From Eledone cirrhosa (Eukaryota), in assembly GCA_964016885.1 (NCBI GenBank), contig OZ024741.1, forward strand, positions 227,974,001 to 228,038,000: a stretch of DNA of 64,000 nt. The letters run 5' to 3'. Shown piece after piece: positions 27,703-39,690 of the stretch; position 1 is the stretch's first letter; each line of letters starts with the position of its first letter. The notes beneath the pieces were generated by a model, which ran no database searches, had not been told where the DNA came from, and saw only the letters and a program-made list of their open reading frames with translations. Made by a program: the position numbers and the translations under genes.

Positions 27703-27703
<1 letters not shown>
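27667..27703 (+). mobile_element. 37-bp 3' tail of the R4/Dong-like element inserted in (TACA)n
   Basis: Identical to 13043-13079. Confidence 0.85.
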
Positions 27704-27770
<67 letters not shown>

Positions 27771-28004
27771 GTATTCAATTTTCTTAGTTAAAAACAAAGA
27801 GGATCAGGTGTAAAGGAGTATACTCTCCCTATTATTTGAAGATAATCTGTACAGAATACATTTTAAGGACGTACTGATACGAAGTGTTTCAGGATTTAAA
27901 GATTTTGTCATTTAATTGCTGTTTTAATCTACCAATCCAAATAATCATTTCGTTTTTGAATTTGTTTTGCGAGATTTCTTATTTGAAAACGTGTCTTGAA
28001 ACTG

Positions 28005-28176
28005 ATATTGTTATACTTTGGGAGGGTCATGTTACCAATAAAAACACATGCACCTGTTGTTTTCACTTCAATTTATTATAAGTTTCCGGTTGTTTCGATA
28101 ACCGGAAGGGTGTTTATATATTGTCAAAACTCTTTCGTCACGTGTTTTTATTGACAGCATGACCCTCCCAAAGTAT

Positions 28177-28184
<8 letters not shown>
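28005..28184. mobile_element. pLTR family B fragment with ~43-bp terminal inverted repeats
   Basis: atattgttatactttgggagggtcatg... / ...catgaccctcccaaagtataacaatat. Confidence 0.8.
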
Positions 28185-28208
<24 letters not shown>

Positions 28209-28212
<4 letters not shown>

Positions 28213-28364
28213 AAGCTCCTTCATTCAATGCTTCATCTGAAAATTGTGCTCTTTGTATAGAGGAAATATTCTTTATATTAAAAAGTAAGAAATCTGTCAA
28301 TTTAAGGAATAACCTATTTAGTTCTTGTAAACATCGCTTGAATTCAACGTTTAAATATATATAA
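28209..28364 (+). mobile_element. C-terminal fragment of a second Penelope-like ORF
   Basis: IKAPSFNASSENCALCIEEIFFILKSKKSVNLRNNLFSSCKHR resembles the PLE terminal CxLCxxE...N.R.....C(R/K)H motif. Confidence 0.6.
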
Positions 28365-29710
28365 AATGTAATACATAACTCATCACTTTTACATAATGTC
28401 CTCTATTATTATTACACCTATCGATAAATCATTAGATTCCTTTATATGATTGCTTATAACTCTCTTAAAGAAAAAAACTTTTCTTGAAAATTTTTCTTGA
28501 TAAACGTACTGAAAGATTTAAAGAAAAATTTTTTGAAAATAACTGTGATGGGTATAAGAAAATTATAATTCATATTTTATATTGTGTATTTTATATTTCT
28601 ATATTCTTATATTTTTTAAAATTATAATTCATATTTTATATTGTGTATTTTATATTTCTATATTCTTATATTTTTCAAATGCTTAAAATATATATATATC
28701 CAAATGTTTTTATATATATATAAGACAAACATAGTGATTTTGATGTATATATGGTATAACCTAAAATTTATACTTTAAATATATTCTATAAATATACTCT
28801 TATGAAAGAGTTTTTTATGGTTTATGCTTTGGATATATTCCTATGAAAATTTTAAATATTATAATTTCTATATGTTAGAGTTATCTGAATTATTAATAAA
28901 TCACTAATAATTTCCTTTACGCTGGACTGCGATTATAATACAAATAAGTGATTATTCTTCTGTAAACTCTCGGAATTTTCATGGGCTTAGAATTATTCGG
29001 ATACTTTAAACCTAGAATTTTTTAATAATTAATGATAATAAATATCTTATTATAATAATAATATATATATTTTTGTAGTAATAATATATTTTTTGATAAT
29101 ATATATAAAAGTTTTCAATTTTTTAATAATCTAACATACACATTTAAACTATTGATTAAATTAATAAATTATTAATTAAACATTTAATCAAATTTATTAA
29201 TTAAACCTTAGATAAAATTCTTCAACCTATCATTATAATGAATCCGGCTATTATTCATCCACGCTACATTCATTTCTTCGCTTCTCTCATAACGTAAACA
29301 AAATTACGCTATTACTGTCCTTATAACTAATAATCTCTCTCACTTAAATATACTCACGTTTACTCTCCCACTGGCAAAAATTGGATATAAACAATTCCTT
29401 TTCTCTTTCTCCCTTTTTCTCTTTCTATTTTCCCTCTTCCAACGCTTAATTTAAATATACTGTTATTTAAACCTTTCCGACACTAATTTGCATAATAAAC
29501 CAACAATAAATCTAATATCTCCACTATCCAGGAGACTCCAACCGTGAAGGTTGCATTTTTTCAGGGTATGTCAATATTTATTTATAAAACTAATCTATAT
29601 TATATTTTATCTGATGAAAGCGCACCATAATCTGCCTTGGTGGCCCTTGAAATATGTATAATGAAATAAATATGGTTTTATAAATATAGTTTCCATTTGT
29701 TAATATATTG

Positions 29711-29827
<117 letters not shown>

Positions 29828-29949
29828 CAATATCCGTACATGTGAAAAGCAAAAAGGAAAACAGTGCTCAATCGGAAAGAGAGCAGAAATATCATATTAT
29901 TTGTTTATGTTCATATTATTATGTTCATATTATTTGTATATATATATAT

Positions 29950-30326
29950 ATAATATTATATTATATATTATATTATCACACGGAACAAAGCCGCTACCCA
30001 AAGTTTCAAAGCCCAAATTTGACCATACTTCCAGAAAACAAGAGGCATCAACATAGTGACCTTTCTTCGGGCGCTAATACGAGTTTATGAAATACTCGTA
30101 TTAGCGTCTGAAGAAAGGTCATTATTTGGTCGAGGTTAACTTTGCCTTTCATCCTTATGGGGTTGATAAAATAAAGTACCAGTAATGTACTGGGTAATTG
30201 CTGGCCTTGTGCCAAAAGTAGAAACAATTATTTGGATGCCTCTTGCATTCTGGAGGTATGCTCAAATTTGGGGCCTTGAAACCATGGTTAGCGGTTTTGT
30301 TCCGTGTGATAATATAATATATAATA

Positions 30327-30335
<9 letters not shown>
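29950..30335. repeat. Palindromic hammerhead-like element interrupted by a 5'-truncated SINE (9-bp TSD attatttgg)
   Basis: Inner hairpin 30057-30121; outer arms ~29950-30050 and 30232-30335; TSD at 30121-30129 and 30227-30235. Confidence 0.75.
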
Positions 30336-30367
<32 letters not shown>

Positions 30368-30471
30368 AAATATGATAATAATGGAGCTGCGGCGCTGCAA
30401 ATGGGTGGTTACATATGAAAAAGTTTGTCCTCATCAGTGGCCATCCAACCGTCGTAGGCATTTCGTCGCAT

Positions 30472-30530
<59 letters not shown>

Positions 30531-30576
30531 TTCATTATGTCTCACAGAAGGTCCGAAAAACTATGCTTGGATACAT

Positions 30577-30760
30577 AATTGTTTCTACTTTAGGCACAAG
30601 GCCAGCAATTACCCAGTACATTACTGGTTCTTTATTTTATCGACCCCGTAAGGATGAAAGGCAAAGTTAACCTCGACGGGATTTGAACTCAAATCGGAAA
30701 GGGACGTAACTATGCTAGAAAGCAGGGCGTACAACCCTCTACTGATACTGCCAATTCACC
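30577..30760 (-). mobile_element. OK-like SINE
   Basis: Head, core and tail motifs. Further copies at ~18105-18255, 31315-31515, 31920-32045, 37427-37612, 40118-40260, 40440-40635, 54148-54295, 59195-59320, 60688-60873 and 62355-62615. Confidence 0.85.
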
Positions 30761-31619
30761 AATGCTGCATACACATAGCCACTCAGTTTCACAACAGCGA
30801 GAGAAAAATTGTTGGTACCCAGATGAACTACCACTTATCTTAGCAAATGGCAATGTAAAAATACAAGAGAATTTTACCATAGAAACCAATCACCAGAAAA
30901 AATATAATAAGGTTGTTATCATACGGCAGACTAAATGATGATAGGAAACTTATCGACATAAAAATGCGAAATTTTGAGCAGAAGTAAGTCGAAAAGCTAA
31001 AGAATTATATCAACGTAGTTGTTGAACTAAACATTCTGGCAGATATGAAATGTATCTATCATGATTTACAATGAATTCTGGAAAAATATTGACAGGGTAC
31101 CAATAAACATTGGAATGCTTCAGGAAATATCAGGACTAGGATCTTTAAATATTGTTAACTATAGAATTAAAAACAATATGGCAGTCTCTAAATACTCATA
31201 ATAATAATTAATATTATTAATATAGGAGTATTAAAATGTTGAAAATCTGGATATTGTGTGATAGCAGACCACAACCAGTAACCCGAAATGTGCCTCCAAT
31301 AATAACAATAATAATGGCAGTATCGGCAGTGCATCAGGCGACATGCTTTGTGGCATTGACTTACGGCCCTTTACGTTCTGAGTTCAAATCCCGCCAAGGT
31401 GAGCTTTGCCTTTCATCCTTACGACGTCGATAAATAAAGCGCCAGTAATGCACTGGGGTCGATTTAATCGACTTTCCTCTCTCCCAAATTGCTGACCTTG
31501 TGCCTATAGTAAAAATCATGAGTATTATGATAATTTATTTTATCTTATTTTGTTCATATTTTATTGATATTTTCCTTTTCATGCAGCCGTCCTAATAATT
31601 TCATCTTTTATCTTTTCAG

Positions 31620-31650
31620 GCAGAGCAACTCAATGATGAGCAGATTGCAG
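31620..31650 (+). CDS. CaM: Calmodulin-like gene, 31-nt coding exon (AEQLNDEQIA-E)
   Basis: Pyrimidine tract plus tttcAG acceptor and G|GTAAGT donor; size and phase match canonical CaM exon 2. Confidence 0.9.
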
Positions 31651-32340
31651 GTAAGTTACAGATTCAAACAAAGTTATTATATAAAACCTGCAATTTCCTA
31701 AAATGGAATACCACAAGAATTCATTCTTTATCTTCACCTTTGTTTTTTTTCCAAGTAACTCCTGATAAAGTTGTTGGGGCGCCGTATTGACATGCGGCGT
31801 TTCTTGGGCATTTTAAACCCGACAGAGCCCATCTCTCTCCAGGCCCGAGTACAGCAGATTTATTCCAGAGAAAGATAGAAAGTGAAAGAGAGGAAGTGAG
31901 AAAGAGATATAGAGGAAGAATCGACCGGAAAAGGATGAAAGGCAATGTTGACATCGGTGGGATCTGAACTCAGGGAGCAGAGAACCGGAACGAATACCGT
32001 AAAGAATTCTATCCGACGTTCTAACGACTGCCAATTCGCCGCCTACGTCTATATCTACATTGAGTGTATATATATTCAGTCAATCTGAAAAGGATCTAGA
32101 ATGGTCATGAGCACCTAGAAAAAGTATTTTTATGATGTCTAAGTGGACACGAAAGAATTATTTTCTCTTATCAGAGGCAATTAATTCAATTTGGTTATCT
32201 CTAAAGTTAATTATTAATTGGATTCCTTATTAATTGCATATGCCTGGATTTCTGCGTGTATATCTATATACATGGCTACACACACACGCAGACACACACA
32301 CAAACAAACACACACACACACACACACCACACACACACAT

Positions 32341-32372
<32 letters not shown>

Positions 32373-32408
32373 GCATACAGTTATATTTATTTATATGTAT
32401 AAACATAC

Positions 32409-32460
<52 letters not shown>

Positions 32461-32621
32461 CGGTGTGTGATTGTATGTATGCATCTGTGTATTTATGTAT
32501 GTATGTGTGCGTATGTATGTATATGTATGTATGTATGTATGTGTATGTATGCATGTATGTATGCAAGTATGTATATATATGTATATATATGTATGCAAGT
32601 ATGTATGTATATGTATATATA

Positions 32622-32694
<73 letters not shown>

Positions 32695-32751
32695 TGTATG
32701 TATATGTATATATGTATGAATGTATATATGTATGTATATGTACATGTATAT

Positions 32752-33316
32752 GTACAACCTGTCTCATGGTCGGGTCGTTGGCGACTAAACTGGCAACCCC
32801 ACCAAGGTTTCTTGGTGAGGAGGGTGACTTTGGACATCCTGCAGGACTAAAAACAAAACCTGTCAAAGGGCAAAAGAGCTCTTAAGAGTCAATGGCCGTC
32901 CAAAATCATCGGGAGAGATGACCCCTTAGCCTTTGTCAAGGCAGAATTCTAGGAGAAGGAAAACTCTGATATAACACATGCAACTCTGATGGTATCCAAG
33001 GATGTTGACTTGTTCTTTTTGGTAAATATCATCTTGGTTAAGAGAGTGGGACTGACTTTGTGCAGTGCCTTTGCTCACTATAAAAGCTTCACGGCACAGG
33101 CATTGCTTTATATCTGGAGATCTCTCTGCACCTGTCGTCACATGGTACCATGGAACTAGCACTGTGTCAATGATTGTCACAAGTGTAGTGTTTGTACCAG
33201 AGTTTTCAAGTCGCTGGCTGGACTAAAAAGTCACACTCGTTCAGCGCATCGGTAGGGGTTCTCCTACATGGATATAAAGTAGTGGCCGTACACGAAAACG
33301 AGTTGGCAGCCACCAT
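32752..33316 (+). mobile_element. Family A RTE-derived element (near full length)
   Basis: Matches 3627-4196. Confidence 0.82.
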
Positions 33317-33509
33317 GTATATGTATATATGTATGCATTGTTTTATAATTTCACAAAGTTTTACCAATAGAGAGAGAGTCGGTTTCGAACATAGACACAA
33401 GGCTCTCTCATTGGAATTTAGACATGTATGTATGTATGTATGTATGTATGTATGTATGTATGTATGTATGTATGTATGTATGTATGTATGCATGTATGTG
33501 TATGTATGG

Positions 33510-34730
33510 TGTATGCCAGAAATTGTGGAAGCTGAAATGAAGGAAGCATTACGGCGCCTACCCAACAACAAAGCAGAAGGTGTCAACAACCTTCCTGTAG
33601 AGTTACCGTAAACAAATAAGGTTATGATAATGTAGGTTCTTATCAAACTTTGCAATACGATGTGTGAGACGGACGAATTGAATGGTCTGTGGACTGGATA
33701 TAAGCAGTCTTCGCTGCGCTGCCAAAGATTGCAGGCTTTTCTGATTACTCGGAGCACCATATCATAATACTCATCAGCCACACCAGCCAGATCTTGCTGA
33801 AAATTGTGTTGGAAAATATGACGTGGACTGATGAATACCAGATCGTGGAAATGCAAATAAAGTTTCATAAAAGAGTGAACGCAGGGGATAAGATTTTTAA
33901 TATCAGGATCCTCATGGAGCAAGCCAAGAAACAATGTTCTATTATACATAGTGTTTATTGATTATAAAACGGTATTCGTACAGTTTAAGGATTCCAAATT
34001 GTGGAATGTATTACAGATGATGGGAATCGAAGTCTCGGCAATTAACCTGCTGCGAGGACCGAACACTAGTCAACAGGTGGCTGTTTCAGTTGGACTGGGT
34101 TATTATCAGAAAAGAATTTCAACAGACGTGTTTTGTTTCTGGTGTCTACTTTAACGTCTACTCTGAAGAGGTGATGCAGAGGTTGTCTGCAGCTAGAGGC
34201 TAAATAACCACCATTATGCATAATCGATAGAGCGTCGGACAACATGCTTAGTGACATATAATTATGCCCTTTTACGTTCTGAGTTCAAATCCCGCTGAGG
34301 TTAGCTTTGCCTTTCATCCTTACGGGGTCGAGAAAATAAAGTACCAGCCACGCACTGAGGTCGATTTAATCGACTTTCCCTTCGCCTAAAATTGATTGCC
34401 TTGTATCGATATAAGAAACCATTATGCTGATGATATGGTGGTGAGCACTACATTACCGCCTAAGCTCCAGTGACTGCTGGACAAAGTTAATCGAGTCTCT
34501 AACAGGTTTCAATTAAAGATCAACACCAAAAATACCACGATTATAGCAACCACCAGGGAACCATAGCGGCTTACTATACGATACCAAGGTGTCACACCAG
34601 ATTAACAAGTTCAAGTAGCTGGGTTGCATTATTGAAAAGACAGCCGACTGCAGCCAGGAAATAAGAGAAAAGCTTGGTGCAGGAAGATTTGCCTTGAGGT
34701 CATTCCCCGCGACATGGAGTCATCGCGCTT
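33510..34730 (+). mobile_element. Decayed RTE-clade RT fragment interrupted by an OK-like SINE (~34220-34417)
   Basis: PEIVEAEMKEALRRLPNNKAEGVNNLPVEL, FIDYK.VF, YADD; 10-bp TSD accattatgc at 34210-34219 and 34418-34427. Confidence 0.75.
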
Positions 34731-34734
34731 CAAA

Positions 34735-35480
34735 CGTTTATAGACAGTTGTCTATAGTACTGTATATAGAATGTAGTGTGTATAGTTTGTAATCTATGTA
34801 GTGTTTTTACGTGTAGTCTAAAGTCGTCTATGTAGTGGAATAGGTAGTTTTGTAGTTAATCTGTGGTCTACGTAGTGGTCTTGCTAAGCTGTGTTCCATG
34901 TAATGGGGAAGGTAGTGACGTAGTTAGACTTGTGTAGATAGGCCGTGTCCTTCAGTAGTATAGATAAATCTATTGGGTTTTGTAGATAGCAGTATAGTTA
35001 GACTGACTATGGTCTATGTAGTGTTGTTGTTAGAAATGTAGTTAGACTGTCGTCTATCACGATGTAGATAGTGGTGTAATTAGACCGTGGTCTATCGTGG
35101 TGTAGATAGTGGTGTATTTAGACTGTTTTCTATCGGGATAGATTTAAACTGTAGTATATGTAGAGATGTAGGCAGTAATATAGTTAGGCTGTGGTCTATG
35201 TAGTGGTGTTTTAAGCTGAGGTCTAGATAGTAGCATAGTTAGACTGTGGTCTATGTAGTGATGTAGGTAGTGATATAGTTAGGCTGTGGTCTAAGTAGTG
35301 ATGTTGGTAAGCTGTTGTTTGTAGGAGTGAGTTAGGCTGTGGTCTATGTAGTGGTGTTTTAAGCTGAGGTATAGGTAGTAGCATAGTTAGACTGTGGTCT
35401 ATGTATGAGTTAGTTAAGCTATAGTCTATAGTAGTGTTTATAGTGGGGTATAGTAGTATGAGATAGACTTTGGTAATATG
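34735..35480. repeat. Degenerate ~30-40-bp minisatellite (tagttagactgtggtctatgtagtg core)
   Basis: The core recurs many times with variation. Confidence 0.8.
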
Positions 35481-35940
35481 AAGATCTAGACAGATTGAAT
35501 AGTCAACACTGCAGTATTCTATTTGTCAGAATATTTGGCAGGTAAAGAGAAAGGTAAAATGAAGTAAGAGAGAGAGCGCAGAGAGAAAGAGATAAACAGA
35601 GTGGGGGAGTGAACAAGATAAAGAAAGGACAGAGACAGAGTGTATGTGTGTGTGTGAGAGAGAGAGGGGGTGGTATTTGGAGGAGATGTAAAGGAGTGAG
35701 GGTAAATAGAAAAAGATACGGAATGACATGCTGAGAGACAAGGGTGAGAGAATGATAGAAAGGAAAGAGAAGAATGACAGAGACGTGGGAAGAGAGAGAG
35801 GAGAGAGAGAGAGGGAGAGAGAGGGAGAGAGAGAGAGCGAGAGAGAGAAAGAGAGAGAAAGACAGACAGAGAGATAGATAGAGAGAGGGAAAGAAAGAGA
35901 GAGAGAGAGACTAATAAATAGATAGATAGATAGATAGAAA

Positions 35941-36360
35941 GAGAGAGAGAGTGAGTTATAATGAGATATAGATATGGAGAGAGTGAGAAAGGGCTAGGAG
36001 AGAGAGAGAGAGAGAGAGAGTGAGTTATAATGAGATATAGATATGGTGAGAGTGAGAAAGGGGTAGGAGAGAGAGAGAGAGAGAGTGAGTTATAATGAGA
36101 TATAGATATGGAGAGAGTGAGAAAGGGGTAGGAGAGAGAGAGAGAGAGAGTGAGTTATAATGAGATATAGATATGGAGAGAGTGAGAAAGGGGTAGGAGA
36201 GAGAGAGAGAGAGAGTGAGTTATAATGAGATATAGATATGGAGAGAGGGAGAAAGGGGTAGGAGAGAGAGAGAGAGAGAGAGAGAGAGTGAGTTATAATG
36301 AGATATAGATATGGAGAGAGTGAGAAAGGAGTGGGAGAGAGTGAGATATATAGATATGAA
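35941..36360. repeat. Six ~65-73-bp tandem units with a variable (GA)n linker
   Basis: gagtgagttataatgagatatagatatggagagagtgagaaaggggtagga(ga)n. Confidence 0.92.
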
Positions 36361-36561
36361 GAGGGAATGGGGTGCAAAACGGATACGATAGCGGAAACAA
36401 GATCGTGTATGTGTGTGAGTGTCAGTAGAGTGACTGAGTGAAATAGTGAAAAAGAAATAGAAAATAAACCAATGAAGTAAGTTATACGATAAAACGTCAG
36501 TATTGTTTAAAGTGGAGTATTCAATTAATTTACACACACACACATGCACTTACACACACAC

Positions 36562-36612
<51 letters not shown>

Positions 36613-36840
36613 CACATATATATAAATATATACATATATATTTGTGTGTAAGCCTGCATAGATATATATATATATATATATACATATATATTTGTGTGTA
36701 TGTATATATATATATATATATGTGTGTATGCATACATACACACAAATATATATGTATATATTTATATGTATGTGTATATATAAATGTATATATATATATA
36801 TATATATATATACATGTGTGTGAGTGGGAAGAGAGAGAGA

Positions 36841-36931
<91 letters not shown>

Positions 36932-37608
36932 CAGAGAGAGAGATAGAAAGATGAGAGTTCGTAGAAATACCCAGATGTATGTCTTTGAACTGCAAGTATA
37001 ATTAATTAATTAAAGTATTTCAACTCAGTAGATTACATATGGGCAACCCATCACATATCTATTAAATATGTAAATCGCTACCCTTGGATATTTTCCTCAC
37101 CCATTTTTTTTAGATTCATTTTTAGATTCATTATCAGTATTACTACATTCTATTTCTATATATATTGATCACTCTTAATCTTGCCAATTGAGGTGAATAT
37201 GCGTTGCTGAAGACATCTAATAAAATGACATGTCTGTTGCGTTCACTAAACAATTCACTCCGAACTGCATTCTCTTTGTTTTCCAAACATTTCGATTAGC
37301 TAATATTATTGGAGTTATCTCCCTTATTTATTCATTATTCCCATCCGCTTTCTCCTTGAGGAGTTTTGTCTCCTAATTCTAAAATTATTCTGTTAATCGA
37401 AACTTTTGAATTCACTGTATTATTTATGGATTGGCAGTATCGGTAGAGGGTCGGACGCCATGCTTTGACGTATAGAGTTACGGCCCTTGCCATTCTGAGT
37501 TCAAATCCCGCAGAGGTTAACTTTGCCTTTCATCCTTACGTGGTCGATAAAATAAAGTACCAGTAATGCACTGGGTTATTGGTGGCCCTGTGCCAAACGT
37601 AGAACCAA

Positions 37609-37683
<75 letters not shown>

Positions 37684-37712
37684 TAGCTCCACAACAGTTA
37701 TTTCACCATCAT

Positions 37713-37755
37713 ACTGAGAACAGTTGTTTCCCCTTAATCGGATCCTCAGCTCGGT
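37713..37755 (-). ncRNA. Solo minimal hammerhead ribozyme-like motif
   Basis: Minus strand accgag-CTGAGGA-tcc-gattaa-ggg-GAAA-caactg-TT-ctcagt; stems I-III can form, with one mismatch in stem I. Confidence 0.55.
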
Positions 37756-38027
37756 CTAAATGCTTTATATATGTATGTATATTCTTCTGGTTTTATAATT
37801 TCACAAATGTTTGCCAATAGAGAGAGAGTCGGTTTCTAACATAGTTACAAGACGCTCTCATTGGAATTTAATATGTATATATGTATGCATGTATGTATGT
37901 ATGTATGTATGTATGTATGTATGTATGTATGTATGTATGTATGTATGTATGTATGTATGTATGTATGTATGTATGTATGTATGTATGCTGTATGCATATA
38001 TGTAGATCTATATACATGTATGTATAC

Positions 38028-38070
<43 letters not shown>

Positions 38071-38111
38071 CGAAACATAAGTCAATTGCATGAACTCATA
38101 ATCTTTTATTT

Positions 38112-38167
38112 ACTACTAAATATATTTCGATGATAGCCATTGAATGGCTATGACCTCATCAGGCAGT
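38112..38167 (-). ncRNA. Solo hammerhead ribozyme-like motif
   Basis: Minus strand actgc-CTGATGA-ggtcatagccat-tca-atggctatcatc-GAAA-tatatt-TA-gtagt; strong stem II, weak helix III. Confidence 0.5.
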
Positions 38168-38300
38168 TAGTCAGTTCTTAGATATGCCAGCTCTGTGTTT
38201 TTGGTGTTGATGGTTTCAGAGCCTTGGGACATAAGAGCTTGTTAGGGATAATTTAATGTTGTCAGCAGGAATAGTCTTGATTCTCATTGGTCAGTTTGTA

Positions 38301-38412
38301 GATGCTAGTAGGGTTGGTATTTGACCTCAAATACCAACCCTACTAGCATCAAGCCGTTTCGACGGCTAATTCTGGACTAAATTTAGTCCAGAATTAGCCA
38401 TCGAAACGGCTT
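38301..38412. repeat. Two abutting hairpins (38301-38350; 38351-38412) leading into a hammerhead 3' half
   Basis: GAAACGGC-ttgagctca-GCCGTC follows; the same family occurs at 6551-6610 and 7098-7150. Confidence 0.8.
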
Positions 38413-38524
38413 GAGCTCAGCCGTCGGGGTCCTACTCGTTCCTATTACCCACTCTACTACCCTAAATATTGAGTACTTTGATGCGTTATGGTCCATCTGG
38501 TTCCTTACTACATTTCCTTCGTAT

Positions 38525-38573
<49 letters not shown>

Positions 38574-38607
38574 GTATGTATATATATTTACATATATGTA
38601 TATATGC

Positions 38608-38645
<38 letters not shown>

Positions 38646-38690
38646 GCATATATACATATATGTAAATATATATACATACATATACATATA

Positions 38691-38812
<122 letters not shown>

Positions 38813-38835
38813 TACATATATACATATATATATAC

Positions 38836-38955
<120 letters not shown>

Positions 38956-39064
38956 TAAAATAATAGATTAAAGTTTAAGCAAGGAATCGCTGCTTTCACC
39001 CTATTTGATATATATTTATCCTTATCGAGCCCTCTTTGGATTTTAGTCTTGAAATTTGTTATTA

Positions 39065-39140
<76 letters not shown>

Positions 39141-39266
39141 TACATACATATATATATCCATATATATTTAAAGGTTAAACAAGGTTCAAAGAATAAATCA
39201 AAGAATGAGTTTTACAATAGATTGGAAGCACTCAACTGAAATGGTTTTCCGGAGTTATTAATATTC

Positions 39267-39601
39267 ATTCAAAATATTAACAAAAATAGACATTCGTGTG
39301 ATCAAGTATATTTTATTATACATATTTCACAGTTACTGAGCTATCTTCAACAGTACGTCCACATCAGATAAAATAAGATGATGCATGACATACCCTGACT
39401 TAGTAGATGGTTAAGATTCAGTCATGGTTAAGATTCACTACCATAACTGAATCTTAACCATCTACTAAGTCAGGGTATGTCATGCATCATCTTATTTTAT
39501 CTGATGTGGACGTACTGTTGAAGATAGCTCAGTACCTCTGAAATATGTATAATAAAATATACTTGATCACACGAATGTCTATTTTTGTTAATATTTTGAA
39601 T
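39267..39601. repeat. 335-bp palindrome of family D with a mutated hammerhead core
   Basis: Homologous to 23756-24065; the core reads CTGATGT in both arms. Confidence 0.92.
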
Positions 39602-39615
39602 TAATATATATATAC

Positions 39616-39690
<75 letters not shown>

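Noticed and set aside
28400-29585. Possible mitochondrial insertion (NUMT)
   Set aside because: AT-rich, but no recognisable mitochondrial gene, tRNA or rRNA sequence.
35941-36360. Repeat-spacer appearance suggestive of a CRISPR array
   Set aside because: The spacers are only (GA)n, the context is eukaryotic and there are no cas genes.
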